Shown here: piece by piece, positions 37,161-50,685 of the stretch | How positions within the stretch are numbered: position 1 is the stretch's first letter | Layout of the letters: each line of letters begins with the position of its first letter | Notes under the pieces: model-generated | The model's input: the letters and a program-made list of their open reading frames with translations, nothing else | The model's database searches: none | What the model was told of the DNA's origin: nothing | Assembly (NCBI GenBank): GCA_051313645.2 | Contig: JBNRSN020000002.1 | Location: 354,392,001-354,456,000 of the forward strand | Length of the DNA: 64,000 nt | Direction: 5' to 3' | DNA from: Centroscyllium fabricii | Taxonomy: Eukaryota | Position numbers and translations under genes: made by a program

Positions 37161-37508
37161 TCAAGAAAGGAACTGTTCTGATCGAAGATTTTAAGTGGGA
37201 AATTAAGTCTACTTATAGTTTAAACATCAGTGTTGCATGGCAAACTAAAACATGTCTTAAGTTCCAGATTTTCATGAGAAATATTTATTTTCAAATACTG
37301 TGCAATTTTGATGTGTCTTGAATGAAATATATTGCCTTCAATGTCAAAGGTCACGGCAATCAGTTCTTTCTTTTGAGGTGCAGTGAGTTTCTATTGGTGG
37401 AGTTGAATAATTATTCATTTATTGAGCCACATACTCACTGAATATTTTGAGAGATAATTTAGTATTGCATCAATTCTTTTTACCATAATGCTTTTAACCA
37501 TACACATC

Positions 37509-39159
37509 CAGGGCGCGACAAAACCGCTTGCCCGGGGCAAGTAAAATGCGCCGCCGGGCAAGTAAATCAAAATCTTCCTTGCCCGACCGGGCAAGTGATC
37601 GAGGCCATGGGAATGGGTAGGTGGATCCCGCCCTGGAGGCGGGTGCGGATTGGCGAGGGGCCGGGTGCGGATTGGCGAGGGGCCGGGTGCGGATTGGCGA
37701 GGGGCCGGGTGCGGATTGGCGAGGGGCCGGGTGCGGATTGGCGAGGGGCCGGGTGCGGATTGGCGAGGGGCCGGGTGCGGATTGGCGAGGGGCCGGGTGC
37801 GGATTGGCTGATGGGTTTTCAAATCTGCCCCGCCCAAGCTCGGCCAATCACAGCCTGGCAGTTTTCTCACGCTCCGCCCTGCGTCCCGCCCCCTGCCCGT
37901 GCTCGGCCAATCATAGCTCGCTCCGGCCACCCGCCGCAACACCGCAGCGTCTCGCAGCAGTTCGAACCAGCAGTGAAGTGAGGCCAGCGTTTCCCTGGAT
38001 TCGGTCCCTCTTTCACGTCACTGCATCCGCAGCAGAGGGGAACCTTGGCAGGGGGACGGGGGCTGGGCAGCATTGGGGGCAGTGGCTCGGCGAGCCCGGC
38101 AGCATCGGGGGGGGGGGGGGCGGGTGACTCGGCGGTCCCGGCAGCATCGGCGGGGGGGCGACTCGACCGGCCGGGCAGCATCGGCGGGAGAGAGGTGTGG
38201 AGTCGGCGTTGCGGGTTTGGACCCTTTGAGAGGAGCTGGTATTCCTGCTCCAGGCAGCTGGGAGTGTCCGAGCGCTGGGTTCAATCCCTTTGTGAGGTTC
38301 AGGGACACTGACACCCAGAGACCGAATCCAGGGACACTGGCACCCAGAGACCGAATCCAGGGACGCTGAGACCCAGAGACCGAATCCAGGGACGCTGACC
38401 CCCGGAGACCGAATCCAGGGACGCTGACCCCCGGAGACCGAATCCAGGGACGCTGACCCCCAGAGACCGAATCCAGGGACGCTGACCCCCGGAGACCGAA
38501 TCCAGGGACGCTGACCCCCAGAGACCGAATCCAGGGACACTGACCCCCAGAGACCGAATCCAGGGACGCTGACCCCCAGAGACCGAATCCAGGGACAGTC
38601 CAGGGCACGACAAAACCACTCGATGATTGAGGCCACGGGCACAGGTGGGTGGAACCCGCCCTGGAGGCGGGTGCGGAATGGCTGGCGGGGCCGGGTGGCG
38701 CGGCGGGGATTGGAGGAGGCGGCGTGTCAATCGAGACAGGGCAGCAGTCGGGTTAGGTGGAGCGTGCTGGTGGCGCGCGGCAAGCGTGGGTCGGTGCCGT
38801 TGACCCGCTGAGGGCGAGAGAAAAAACCGGAGTGGCTGCTGGATGAAGGTAGGCGGGGAGAGAGAGTGAGGGAGCCCGCAGTCTGCGGAGGCTTTACAAA
38901 GTTTGGTAAATGAGGAAAAAATGTCCAGAGTAGAGAGAGAGAGAGAGAGACCCTGGCAGAGAGGGGTAGAAACTGGGCCAATGCAACTAAAGGCACAATC
39001 ACAATCTCTGGCTTTATATTGAAGCATATTAATAAAAATGTAAAATCTTTATTTAGTTCTTTAAAACTTTAGGGCAAGTGAAATTTGTGTTCGGGAAGTG
39101 TTTTAGAAATCCACTTGCCCGACTGGGCAAATGAAAAACTTTTTTTTTGTAGCACCCTG
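37509..39159 (+). mobile_element. Complete CAGGG hAT-like non-autonomous element with 6-bp TSD
   Basis: CACATC|CAGGGCGCGACAAAA ... TTTTGTAGCACCCTG|CACATC; contains 22-bp (~37640-37808) and 29-bp (~38300-38597) arrays. Confidence 0.9.
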
Positions 39160-39446
39160 CACATCCAAATAATTGAGAGCTTGTGGTTGGTGTATAAATC
39201 CCCCTTTCTACCCTTGTATAATTAAGCTTTGGGATATTTATAGCGCAGTCTGCAAGACTGCATTTAATTTTTCTGTGAGCAATATAAGGTAGTAAAGCTT
39301 GTGGCTATTTGAAATTATGTTTGCGATTCCAAAGATAATGACTTTGTATAGCTTAATTTAAAACTTCTTGTAAATAATGCTGTGTCACACCTGTTTGCAT
39401 TTGTAATCCTTTTCTTTGTTTTTTAAGGTTTGATTTTTGAGGAATT

Positions 39447-40075
39447 ATGACAGATCAAAGCGGAGATAAAGATATTCAACTCTGTCTACAGACAGATACA
39501 GCTGAGAATGGAATGGTCTCTGAGGGCAGTTTACTGATGATACAAGGCAATAATAACTTGGCTGCCAAACAACATGAGCTGCCAGCAGCAGAAATTTCCT
39601 ATCAAGTGTGTAAAAGTGAATCCCTGATGGCAGCCTCTGAAGTTGGTGTGATAAAGCAGACAGATTCTCAAGTTCAGCATGAACTTGGTGTTCATTCGCC
39701 ACAGTGTACTGCAAATGAAATTAATGGTAATGTAATGTCTTATGTAACTCCGGAAACACCCGTCGCAAAAGGTAATTTTGATGCTGCTAAACCAGGCGAA
39801 GTCAACACCTCTGAGAAATGTGATCTTACATTAGTCAGTGCACCCTCGGTCACTGATAATCAGGAGATGGAGGTGTCTGTCTCTGCTCAACTGGAGACTT
39901 TATCATTTGAAAAGTCACAATTGATGTGCCAGAACCCAAACATCGCACCAGGCCAACAGTTAGGCCAGAGTAGCGACTTTCCGCAGGTTGATGTTGCATT
40001 ACAAACTGGTACAGCTGAGGAGGAAGACAGTGAAGATGAAGAAAGCTCTTCATCTGAAGATTCTTCATCAAACAG
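39447..40075 (+). CDS. NAF1: First coding exon of H/ACA ribonucleoprotein complex non-core subunit NAF1 (exon 39428-40075, phase-2 donor)
   Basis: Acceptor TTTCTTTGTTTTTTAAG| at 39427, 209 open codons, donor AG|GTGAG at 40075. MEVSVSAQLETLSF resembles the human NAF1 start and is followed by an acidic/Ser tract (EEEDSEDEESSSSEDSSS). The Gar1-like domain is not in the window. Confidence 0.78.
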
Positions 40076-40267
40076 GTGAGCATTCAGTGAAAGGAGCTGT
40101 TATAACTAAAATTTGTGATAATTGATTGCCAGTGGATATGACACTAGAATATTCAGTTTATTTCAGTGACAAAGTTGACATAACATATCTGTGATAGCCA
40201 AAGATAGATTATAACTTTTCTTTGCTAATTAACTATCAATTTCTACAAAATCCCAATTAAAAGAATA

Positions 40268-40943
40268 CAGGTTGTGCACCGAAAATCCGTGTCCCGAAAA
40301 GCCGGCAGCTTCAGTCTGCCGGCACAAATTGCCCCGACTGCACTGCGCATGCGCAAGATGGCAGCCGCCATCGAGGCTTCAGCGAATGATCTGCGCATGC
40401 ACTCGCCATCCGGCGAGCGCATGCGCAGATCATTCAAAACGGCTGCCGGGTGTTTTTAATGATCTGCGCATGTGTCGCCGGATGGCTAGCGCATGCGCAG
40501 ATAATTCAATACGGCCGCCGGTTATTTTCTCGACAGCTGAGCCCCGTGACTGAGGCGGACAGTCACCAGGCAACAGCTGTCAGCCTGAGTCCGGCTCGGC
40601 GGCAGCAGCAACCCCAAAGGCGATGGAGAGGGAAGGCGGACCTACTGGGCCCGACCCGCGCCCGCACAACCCTCCTTCCCCCCCCTGCAAGACCGGCCTT
40701 TCACTGCTGCCCGACAGCCCTAAAAGGCAAACTGAACGCCACACAAGCCTGAGCCCCTCAAAAAACTTTGCGCCGGCCATTATTGGATGATCTGCGCATG
40801 CGTGCGCCAGCAATTCCCAATGTTGTGCGCATGCGCGCGGCCATTTTGAATGGTGCGCAGTGTCCAACTTCGTTCTCCCGTTTTCTTCAGTTTCCCGGCA
40901 CGGGCCTGGTCCCGCCCGTGGCGGATTAATGGTGCACAACCTG
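40268..40943. mobile_element. Tigger-like MITE, family A
   Basis: TA|CAGGTTGTGCACC ... GGTGCACAACCTG|TA; many GCGCATGCGC motifs. Confidence 0.88.
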
Positions 40944-41099
40944 TACTCCAGAGTGAAGCCCTCCAATGATTTTTCTTTCATATTCAGGTAAAGGTACTCC
41001 CACCCCCCCAAGTTGATTTTAAAAAACTTAAAAGAAGTTGCATTTATGTAGTGCCTTTTACAAACTCAGGATGCCCAAATTGCTTTACAACCAACTCAT

Positions 41100-41795
41100 T
41101 GGTGTCACATTTGACTCTCAAATGAGCTTCCGAACACACATCCACAACATAACAAAGACCGCCTACTTCCACCTCCGTATCATTGCCCCGTCTCTGCCCT
41201 TGCCTTGCCTCATCCGCTGCTCAAACCCTCATCTATGCCTTTGTTACCTCTAGACTTAACTATTCCAGCGCACTCCTGGCTGGCCTCCCACAGTTCACCC
41301 TATGTAAACTCGGCTGCCCATGTCCTAACTCGCACCAAGTCCTGTTCACCCATCACCCTTGTGCTCTCGCTGACCTACATTGGCTCCTGGTTAAGCAGCG
41401 CTTCGTTTTCAAAACTTTCATTTTTGTTTTCAAATTCCTCCATGGCCTCGCCCCTCCCTGTCTCTGTAATCTTCTTCAACCCCACAACACCCCGAGATAT
41501 CTGCGCTCCTCTAATCCTGCCCTCTTGAGCGTCCCTGATTATAATCGCTCAACCTTTGGTGGCTGTGCTTTCTGTTGCCTGGGCCCTAAGCTCTGGAATT
41601 CCCTGACTAAACCTCCCCGCCTCTCTTTCCTCATTTAGACCCTCCTTAAAACCTCTCTCTATGACCAAGCTTTTGGTCACCTGTCCTAATTTAACAATAT
41701 GTGTCAAATTTGTTTTTGTCTTAAAATACTCCTGTGCAGCACCTTGGGACGTTTTACTATGTTAAAGGTGCTATATAAATACTAGTTGTTGCTGT
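41100..41795 (+). mobile_element. L2 LINE 3' end
   Basis: LIYAFVTSRLNYSSALLAGLP, LHWL and GPKLWNSL; tail GGTGCTATATAAATAC...GTTGTTG. Confidence 0.85.
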
Positions 41796-42279
41796 TACTT
41801 TTGAAGTGTAGTCACTGATATTTTGTAGGGAAATGTGGCAGGCAATTTGTGCACAGCAATGTTTCACAAATAGGAATGAGATAAATAATCAGATAATGTT
41901 TGTGATTTTCGTTGAGTGATAAATATAGGACTGGAAAGGATAGTCAAGTGGGGTGTATAATGGGCGGCTAATCCGCTCCTGTCTGTTTTGCGTGCCTCCG
42001 CCTCTTCCCCCCCCCCCCCCCAATCCCAGCGAAGCTGAACATTCCAACAAGTGTCAAGATCAGGATGAGGAAATGTCGAGAGGCGTTACTGTTTGTGAAT
42101 GATAGGACCACTCCAACAAGAACAACTTGCATTTATTTATATAGCTCCTTTTTAATGTGTACAAAATGTTCCAAAACACGACGGAGAAGTGTAATCCAAA
42201 AATGGACCCCCAGCCAAAGAATGAGCTATTTGGAAGGGTGACCAAACGTTTGGTAAGAGAGGTAGGTAGTACGGAGGGG

Positions 42280-42965
42280 TCATAGAATCATAGAAAGTTA
42301 CAACACGAAAGGAGGCCATTTCGGCCCATCGTGTCCGCACAGGCCAACAAAGAGCTATCCAGCTTAATCACACTTCCCAGCTCTTGGTCCGTAGCCCTGC
42401 AGGTTAGAGCATCCCAAGTGCACACATCCGAGTACAGGTACTTTATAAAACGTGGCTAGGGTTCCTGCCTCTACCACCCTTTCAGGGAGTGAGCTTTAGA
42501 TCCCCACAACCCTCTGGGTAAAGAGATTTCCCCTCAAATCCCCTCTAAACCTTCCATCAATTATTTTAAATCTGTGCCCCCTGGTTTGTGACCCCTCTGC
42601 TAAGGGAAATAGGTCCTTTCTATCCACTTTATCTATAACCCCCATAATTTTAGACACCTCAATAAGATCTCCCCTCAGCCTCCTCTGTTCCAAGAAAATA
42701 GACCCAGTCTTTCCACATAACTAAGATTCTCTACTCCCGGCAACATCCTTGTAAATCTCCTCTGTACCCTCTCTCGTGCAATCACATCTTTCCTGTAATG
42801 TGGTGACCAGAACTGCACGCAGTACTCTACCTGAGGCTGAACTAGTGTTTTATGCAGTTGAAGCATAACAGCCCCTGCTCTTGTATTATATGCCACGGCT
42901 AATAAAGGCAAGCATTTTGTATGCCGCCTTAACCACCTTATCTACCTGGCCTGCTACCTTCAGGA
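42280..42965 (-). mobile_element. CR1 3' end
   Basis: QPQVEYCVQFWSPHYRKD and RRLRGDLIEV. Confidence 0.85.
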
Positions 42966-45359
42966 AAGCAGGAAGGAAACGAAAGAAGGATGTGGTGAGA
43001 CAGAAGAGTTCATTGAGGGAATTTGAGTGTGGGGCCCAGGCTGAAGGGAGAGAACGTGCACAAGTGGCCAGACTCATAAGAACAGGGAGATTGGGAGATA
43101 TGGTGGGGTATCACTAACATCACTAGCATAGATGTAGAAGCTGACCGCATGTCTTCAGATGTTAAGGGGCAGCATGTAGATGAGGAAGAGGAGAGGGCCA
43201 AGGATACATCCTTGGCGCACTGGGGTGGTAAGAGAAGCCATTACTGGATCTATTCTGGCTATGATTGGCTAGGTAAGCGTGGAACCAAGCATGGGCAATC
43301 TCACTGAGCTGGATAACGGTTGGAGGAGCATGGAGTGATCAACCTTGCTAAAAGCTGCACAGAAGATGAGGCTTGATGATGAATAATAGATACAATGTAC
43401 TTGCGACCTGCAGGGTAGACAGCAAGTATGCTAACCATTGACAAAATATTGGGTCCACGTGAGCTTGATTGCCAACCTAGTGTGCAAAGAGATGAAAAAG
43501 ACATTGTCAACTGCCCTCTGCAGACGGGATGTCCATTGCTATCTTAGGTTTTGCACCACTTCTGCTCATATCGATCTTAGTATTTGACAGAGTGAAATAT
43601 CCTTACGGAGACGGCACCTCAAGGGAACTTGATAAAATAGATCACGCTCCTTCTTTCGAGTCGGACTTCCAATTTAATAACAGATGGCTTAACATTCCCA
43701 AATTTCAATCTCACCAGAGGCACCCATCAGGAATATGCCCTGTTCTCTCCCCCCCCCTCTTTGTTTTCCCCAGAGAGCCACATGCGCTGGAAATTTGTAA
43801 CAGGCCAAATTGTCGTGGGCTCACAGCAGCCGGCTCTGGCACAGGATTTTATTATATGCAGACACTGCTCTCCTCTACACCTCTGATTTATCTTAATCCG
43901 AAAAATCACAGGACTTCACATCATTGAATGAAGTTTGTCAGTATAAGTGGACCTTTTCATTTTGGTAGTGTCCGCTCTTTAAGAGAAGGCATTTGTATGA
44001 ATCCCAGTGGGATCAAGCTTGCCTAGTCCATAATTTCCACTGACCCTTTCACGTTATCCCATTGGAATTGAACTAGCCCAATTCCACAGTGTCACTTGCC
44101 TGCTTATAAATGGATCCCTTCAAATAACCCTGCTTTGGAGAATCTGTGCTCTCAGTATGAACTTCCAACCCAGATTGTTGAAATGTTCCAGATCAGGATT
44201 CCTCAGACTGTCTTTATTGACTTAATAAACAGATCTATAGATTCTTCTGGAAGGCTAGGAAATGCAGCATTGGCACCGAAAGGCTTTGGTCTCCAACAGC
44301 GAGTATTCACTGCCCTGCCTCCATGGGGATATAGTGCGCACTCCCTTTTGGAAAAACTCTTACTGTGAGGATTTCTCAGCAGTTTTGTTTGGAGACTTTT
44401 AAACATGGTGTTAGGTTTTGATATATGCCAGCTTTAAAAAATAATCCTCCTGTAATAAAGTAGAGGCAAATTAAGTTTCCTGTACACACATCACATCTTG
44501 GTCCATCTGCACATGTGGCGCCTCATGGTCATAGCAGAAAGTTGGGGAGACTGTTTGAGAAGTCCTAATCTTGCATGCCCAAAGACCCAGCCCCACTGGT
44601 AAAAGGTGCGGCGTGACATCAAATATGTCATCAAGCACACAATTGAACTTGACCCAGCACACCATCTCTTGTGCTGCCCATTAGTTCCACCTGGAGCTGA
44701 GCTTGAGTAGCCTCCGATCCGTAGCTAGTTAACTGGGCTCGGAGAATCTTGCTACCATCCCAATGTGGGTTGTAGCAACTGTGGGAAAATAGTTTAGTCT
44801 GAGAAGATCACTTGCTCACTGAGGCCGAGTCAGGAACATTTTTATTGATACACCACACCACACACTCGCTCTGGGTAAAGTATACTGAACACTATCCGTA
44901 TAATATGGCACCTTACTATAACCAGACAGCAATTGCAGTCAATCAAATGAAAAGCAATGCTTGAACAGCCAGCAGTGCCAGAATCAGTTTTTTGCTTGCT
45001 GCTGTCTCTGCTGCGACAAACACCCTACAAATAAAACAGTTGATAATCTGTTGAGGAATGCATTATTCCAAGAAATCAACAAAATGAAGACCTTTCTTCA
45101 ATCATGTGAATTAACTGAAATTGAATCTAGTCTTCCATCTGCTGCTGTTCCACCTCAATGAAACAGCGTGTGCTCTGCTCCTGTCAGTGCATCAGTGCAC
45201 TCAAAAACGTCTGAGCAAAGACTTGAATAAGCATGCAAGCAGAGACTGTAGCTAAATAATGATAGATCAGGTAAACAAATGGGATTTCTGACTGAGCTGT
45301 GTACAAAGCCCAGCAGAAGTTGGAAACTCGCCCAAAAACAATCCAGTGCAAAGTTTATA

Positions 45360-46030
45360 AGAATATAAGAGGTAGGAGCAGGAGTAGGCCATACGGCCCC
45401 TCGTGCCTGCTCCGCCACTCAATAGGATCATGGCTGATCCGAACTTAGATTCACGTCCACTTCCCTGCCCGTTCCCCGTAACCCCTTATTCCCTTATCAG
45501 CTAAGAAACTGTCGATCTCCGTTTTGAATTTATTTAATGTTGCAGCTTCCACAGCTCTCTGAGGCAGTAAATTCCACAGACTCACCACCCTCTGAGTGAA
45601 GAAGTTTCTCCTCCTCTCAGTTTTGAAAGGGCAGCCCCTTATTCTCAGATTATGCCCCCTAGTTCTAGTCTCACCCATCAGAGGAAACATCCTCACCGCA
45701 TCCACCCGATCAAGCTCCCTTCACAATCTTATATGTCTCGATTAGATCGCCTCTCACTCTTCTGAATTCCAATGAGTAGAGGCCCAACCTACTCAACCTT
45801 TCCTCATAAGTCATCTCCGGAATCAATCTGAACTGCCTCGAGAGCAAGTATATCTTTCCTTAAATATGGAAACCAAAACTGTACGCAGTACTCCAGGTGT
45901 GGCCTCCCCAATACCCTGTATAACTGCAGCAAGACTTCCCTGCTTTTATACTCCACCCCCTTGCAATAAAAGCCAAGATTCCATTGGCCTTCCTGATTAC
46001 CTGCTGTACCTGCATACTAACCTTCTGTCT
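45360..46030 (-). mobile_element. CR1 3' end
   Basis: TRGHNLRI...RNFFTQRVVSLWN. Confidence 0.85.
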
Positions 46031-47259
46031 AACCAATGCTTTTAATTTTTCTTTTCCCTCTCTCCAAGTCTTTGCTACCCCTTATCCTCCTACTTCTTAA
46101 GTTTTCTGACTCCTTACTAGTGTATTGCTTCATGAATATTGGCTGCTCCTTGTACACAATAGCTGTTGTTCATGTGTGAGCCTCAAATCTGAATGATGGC
46201 AGGCTATTTGACTGCAAGGCTATCACCGTAGTGTCTGATTCTCTCCACCCTTGCAGCAGGGGGTCACTGCATAGTGCTCTGGAGCAGAACCCATTACCAC
46301 TTTGTCTCACTTTAATGTAAGGATTCCGAGACCATTGTGACTCCCCTATTGCTGGCACAGATCAGATCTACAGATTACAGTCTGAAGCTTGGACTCTTCT
46401 ACTCTGCATAGCTCAGCTACTGACTGGGCAAACTTCCTGAGCTATCAGGAGGACTGCAACATTATATTCTTGATTTTTCAGAATTGCCTATTCATACTAG
46501 GGTATAATTCCCTGTCTATACGAAGTGTAAAGATTGCTGGTACAGGTGACGAACCTTGACCTGGATCATAATCACTAGGAGTGAAATAAATATCGTAGAC
46601 AGCAAAACCATTTTTAAAAATTATATGAATAAACAACCCCAGTGTGACCCCACCCAGTCCTTCCTGGTCTGAGCTTCCATTCCACTGAATCCCAATCCCC
46701 AGCTTCTCTCTCTGAGTGTTGCAGCAGCTCTTTGACATCACTCCTGATAACCACATCAATAGTGGGGGCCATCTTGCTATCTACCCTTTGCTTTATTTTT
46801 AAAAAGTGTAAAGAGATGGATTACATCAGTGTGAAAGCCATCCAGAGAGATTGGCAAACCAAGAAAGTAGACTGTGGGGAATGTAGACTTGCAGAAAGAG
46901 TGAGAAAAAGTCTGGGACACAAATAGATGCAGAGACCACAATGAGAAAAAGAATTGAAGAGGGAAAGCAGAGGCACAGTTACAGGAAAAGACTACAAAGT
47001 TATGTCTACAATTGTCTAAAACTGCCATCACTAGGAGTTCTGCACTCTTACTGTTGGATAAGAAAATGTATGATTCCCTCTGAATACCGAACCTGTTTAC
47101 AGTATGCCAGTTGTCCATTGCAGGTACTTCAATCAGTTGTTTGTCAGATGCAATAATTAAATATTGATTTTTGACTATTACCCAAGGCACAAATAAGCTT
47201 TTCCAGGCCCTCTACAATAAGTGGCAGTAGTTGATTCTGGTACATCAGTGTGAAAGCCA

Positions 47260-47503
47260 ATGTGCGGGTTAGGTTGATTGGCCATGATAAATTGACCCTT
47301 AATGTTAGGGGGATTGAATATGTGGGATTACGGGGATAGGGTGGGATGTGTCGATGTAGGCTCGATAGGGATATGGGGAGAGGGTAGGGGCGGGGTACTG
47401 GGTTTGGATGATCAGCCATGATCTCATTGAATGGCGGAGCAGGCTCGAAGGGCCGAATGGCCTGCTCCTGCTGCTAGTTTCTATGTTTCTATGTTTCTAT
47501 GTT
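47260..47503 (+). mobile_element. V-SINE 3' half
   Basis: Matches 18050-18295; (TTTCTATG)n tail. Confidence 0.8.
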
Positions 47504-47737
47504 TAAAATTTATAGTTCAGTTTTAGTCGATACTATGCATTACAGAAAACAATGCTAGTTATATAAAATAAGAATTATTTTGATGGTTTGGGTTAGAAAT
47601 TGGATAAATCAATTGAAGATTGTGTTGACTGTATTGGTAAAGGGTATGTATTATACAGTCTTGTTACAGTACGGTGCTTTGGAATGGCTCTGGATTAAAC
47701 TCGAAGGTTGCTATTGAATTGTACAGAAAATGGATAC

Positions 47738-48810
47738 ATTCAATTCAATTCAAGTTTTATTGTCATTGCAGAGTACTAGTACATTACAACGAGACGAAGA
47801 CTTGACGCTCCCGAGAGTAGTGCAAATAAATTACATGCAAATTGCATACAGTAAAGTACATTTTCAGGTGTGCAGGTACCGGAGTTTATTTTTTAGAGTT
47901 CAGGAGGCTGACAGCCATGGGGAAGAAGCTGTTCTTAAATCTAGTCGTGCGGGTGCGAATTGATCTGTAGCGTCTCCCGGGGCAGGGGGCGAACAGACTG
48001 TGGCTGGGGTGTGTGGGGTCTTTAATAATGTTCAGAGACCTCCGTAGGCAGCGTTTGAGGTAGATGCTTTCAATTGACGGTAGCTGGGTACCGGTGATTC
48101 GTTGGGCAGTTTTGACTACCCGCTGCAGGGCCTTCCGGTCCGAGATGGTGCAATTTCCATACCAGACTGTGATGCAGCTTGTCAGTATGCTTTCGATTGT
48201 GCAGCGGTAGAAGTTGGAGAGGATGCCGGATGACAGCCTGGATTTTTTCAGCTTCCTTAGGAAGTACAGGCGCTGTTGGGCCTTCTTAACCAGAGAGGAG
48301 GTGTTTAGTGACCAGGAGAGATCTTCCGAGATGTGGACCCCGAGGAACTTGAAGCTGGACACCCTTTCCACCTCAGCCCCTTGGATGAAGATGGGGGTGT
48401 GTCTTCTGCTTTCAGTCCTCCGGAAGGCCACTATGATCTCCTTAGTTTTCTTGGTGTTCAGTGCCAGGTTGTTGTCGGCACACCATCCCACAAGGCGCTG
48501 GATCTCATCCCTGTAGGCTGACTCATTGTTGTTGGTGATCTGGCCAACCACCGTGGTGTCGTCCGCAAACTTGATCGTGTTGGAGCCATGGACAGCCGCA
48601 CAGTCGTGAGTGAAGAGGGAGTAGAGGAGGGGGCTCAGCACACAGCCTTGTGGGGCCCCCGTGTTCAGGGTAAGTGGGGGGAGGTGAGGTTGCCTAACTT
48701 CACAGACTGTGGTCTGTTGGTGAGGAAGTCCAGGGTCCAGTTGCAGAGGGAGGTGTTCAGGCCGAGGGTGAGGAGTTTGGTAGACAATTTGCTGGGGACG
48801 ATGGTGTTGT
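47738..48810 (-). mobile_element. Rex1/Babar-type LINE, 5'-truncated
   Basis: NTGAPQGCVLSPLLYSLFTHDC, KFADDTTVVG, KKAQQRLYFLRKL and FYRCTIESILT; (TTGAA)n tail. Confidence 0.9.
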
Positions 48811-49943
48811 ATAGAATTGTACCTGTGAGAAAATGTAAGGGCTGATGGTAGAGGCGTGTAATGAAGTTTCCCTGCGCCATTCATTCCATTAATTAAGTAA
48901 AACATTTCAGGATTGCATTTCCATGTGCTTAATCTGACAGTTGCTGTGTAAAATCTGCCTATCTGATTGAAGCTCAGATTTGTTAACCAGATAGTTGAAA
49001 TCTATACGTTTGATTTTTTAACTGGGGGTGGGGGGTGGGGGAAAGCTACCTGCTTAAACTGAGTAATATATAAATACACATATCTTTGAATGTTTCTGAT
49101 TGCTCGCCTGTTGTGCAACACATGCAAAGTACTTTGTGCTTGTGTAACCTTGAGAAATATTCAGGTCTCCAGAAGCACTGGGGCTGTAACTGAGTTATGC
49201 CAGGAGGATGAATGTACTGGAGGCAGCAAGCTTCTCCGTATAGTTTAACGGCTCATACCAGCTGCTCACTGGTGGGCTTCAGGTTTCTGTACGGAGATGA
49301 GAAAAATATTACGTGGCTCTTGATCTTTTGTTTCCTTGCAAGAAATTGAATTGTGATATTTTTCATTTGATTGATGCAAAGGAAAGCATGTTCTTTCAAT
49401 TCTATATTTTGCAGATAAATCATTTGAACAGAATCTATTGTAGTAAACGAGAGGTGGGGAGTGACAAGTCTTGCTCAATCTTGATCGTGCACTGACCAGA
49501 TGAAAAAATATTGCACATTCTGTATTTATGATTCATATTTACGATTCATTTTAGATTGTTAACTGCTGCTGATGTATTGTTTGAGCAGTACATACATACT
49601 TGAAAATTTAATTTGACAATGTTTCTTCATTCACTGTGCTTCAATCTGTGATTGCAGTTATCACTAATGGTGCTGAACACTTATTACTTGAGATAGTAGT
49701 AATGGAAAGCTGCCAGGGATTTTTCCATTTATTATTGATTCCACGAGGTATCTTGCCTTGTGCCCACTGGCATTTCCTCACCTCATATTTAGGTCTGTTG
49801 CAGACTAAATGATGGAGATTGATTGCCATGAATAGTAAATAACTCCATTGTTGTATGATGTGGAGGTGCTGGTGTTGGACTGGGGTGGACAAATGCAAGA
49901 AGTCACACAACACCAGGTTATAGTCCAACAGTTTTATTTTAAA

Positions 49944-49981
49944 TCTCAAGCTTTCGGAGCGTCTGCCCCTTCGTCAGGTGA
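49944..49981 (-). ncRNA. Minimal hammerhead motif with a stem I mismatch
   Basis: Minus strand TCACCTGACGAAGGGGCAGACGCTCCGAAAGCTTGAGA. Confidence 0.6.
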
Positions 49982-50685
49982 AAGAGAAGCTGACTTAAAG
50001 AACGCACATATGGGAGGAAGAGAGAAATCTGATCTCTCCCACATCTCACCTTAACAGAGATAGACAGAGCACACAAAGGCGTATTAACATATTTTAGCAT
50101 ATCCGTCTGAGATCAATGAGGCACAGTCACAAGGGGTCAAATGCTGCAAAACACACAGAATGATTAAAAAAAAAGGAATTTCCTTACAAGACAAAGATGT
50201 CTCTGGTCTGGATGACTACGTCAGGCAGGGTCACTGGCAGGAGTGTTCCCTCCCGGTCGGGGAACATTTCAGCAGTGAAGAACATTCAGCCTCCGATCTT
50301 CGGGTAAGCATTCTCCAAGGCGGCCTTCGAGACACATGACAACGCAAAATCGTCGAGCAGAGGCTGATAGCCAAATTCCGCACCCATGAGGACGGTCTCA
50401 ACCGTGATATTGGCTTCATGTCACGCTACATGTGACCCTGCCTGACGTAGAGTCATCCAGACCAAAGACACCTTTGTCTTGTAAGGAAATTCCTTTAAAA
50501 AAAAAAAAATCATTGTGTTTTGCAGCATTTGACCCCTTGTGACTGTGCCTCATTGATCTCAGACTGATATGTTAAAATATGTTAATACGCCTTTGTGTGC
50601 TCTGTCTATCTCTGTTAAGGTGAGATGTGGGAGATCAGATTTCTCTCTTCCTCCCATATGTGCGTTCTTTAAGTCAGCTTCTCTT

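Noticed and set aside
37415-39027. Overlapping ORFs of 100-240 aa in the hAT-like element
   Set aside because: Derived from GC-rich tandem repeats; no transposase motifs.
43010-43201. Ser-rich peptide as the next NAF1 exon
   Set aside because: Wrong strand, lacks the expected LKTKDE-like motif and lies in L2-like sequence.
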